Below are positions 25,185 to 25,570 of a stretch of 25,570 nt of DNA, piece after piece. Made by a program: the position numbers and the translations under genes. Position 1 is the first letter of the stretch; the number at the start of each line of letters is the position of its first letter. This DNA comes from Gemmatimonadota bacterium (lineage in GTDB: Bacteria; Latescibacterota; UBA2968; UBA8231). The stretch is taken from positions 1-25,570 of the forward strand of contig JAYPJE010000053.1 of assembly GCA_038128265.1 (NCBI GenBank), in the 5' to 3' direction. The notes beneath the pieces were generated by a model. The model saw only the letters and a list, made by a program, of their open reading frames with translations, made no database searches and was not told the DNA's origin.

Positions 25185-25570
25185 ATGGACATCAGTTTTA
25201 TGGCCAGCGCCGGCGAAGAGGGCAATTGGAGCCTTGAAGAGTGCGCGCGCTGGGCGCGGGAAAACGATTTCGACTGCGTGCGCCTAGCCGATAGAGGCGC
25301 ACTCGAATCGCAGAAGATGATCGACGGCGGCGCAGCCCAGGTGCGCGATACGCTGGCACAGCACGACGTGTACCTATCCTGTATAACGGCACACCACAAC
25401 CTGCTCGACGACGATGAGAGCGCTGCGCGCGCCGAGCAGGAGCGCCTTATAAAAGCCATTCAATCGGCGCGCGCACTCGAGTGCCCCGTCATTATCACTA
25501 GCAGCGGCTCGCCCGTGCGCAACGGACAGTTTTACGGCATGTTTTCCTCGCCGCCGGGCAATCCCACCGA
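25185..25570 (+). CDS. Sugar-phosphate isomerase/epimerase (xylose-isomerase-like TIM barrel), truncated by the window end
   Basis: Hand translation MDISFMASAGEEGNWSLEECARWARENDFDCVRL...HHNLLDDDE...LIKAIQSARALECPVIITSSG is open to the edge and follows the N-terminal pattern of the AP-endonuclease-2/IolE-like barrel. Confidence 0.7.
   Translation, partial: MDISFMASAGEEGNWSLEECARWARENDFDCVRLADRGALESQKMIDGGAAQVRDTLAQHDVYLSCITAHHNLLDDDESAARAEQERLIKAIQSARALECPVIITSSGSPVRNGQFYGMFSSPPGNPT

Noticed and set aside
1..25570. CRISPR arrays, tRNA/rRNA genes, IS elements, prophage
   Set aside because: Intergenic gaps are all short, and I see no periodic repeats, cloverleaf patterns or mobility genes.

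Overview
GC-rich bacterial chromosomal window, densely coding, with 23 complete and 2 edge-truncated genes. I see no mobile elements, CRISPR arrays or RNA genes. In order it carries: a minus-strand three-gene unit (PA-IL/LecA-like protein, atypical APH-like kinase, small DUF5069-like protein); an M42 peptidase coupled to murD; APS reductase cysH; a DCC thiol-disulfide protein followed by two paralogous Zn-ribbon ABC half-transporters and DUF1854; a GH99-like lipoprotein; an orphan glcF; a nucleoside 2-deoxyribosyltransferase; murB; a class I GATase; a hydroxyacid-oxoacid transhydrogenase; a GlnA4-like gamma-glutamyl ligase with an SDR and a HAD phosphatase; xylA; nadA preceded by a small ribbon-helix-helix gene; pyk; dapL; and a partial TIM-barrel sugar isomerase. 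The strongest signal is at the left edge, in a gene absent from the ORF track. It has an in-frame TGA at the position where I recall DUF5069 proteins carry a Cys, followed immediately by a bacterial SECIS-like hairpin, making it a candidate selenoprotein. The second is the RHH protein translationally coupled to nadA, with repeats over its predicted promoter, a candidate new NAD-biosynthesis regulator. Family assignments come from motif recognition, not database searches.
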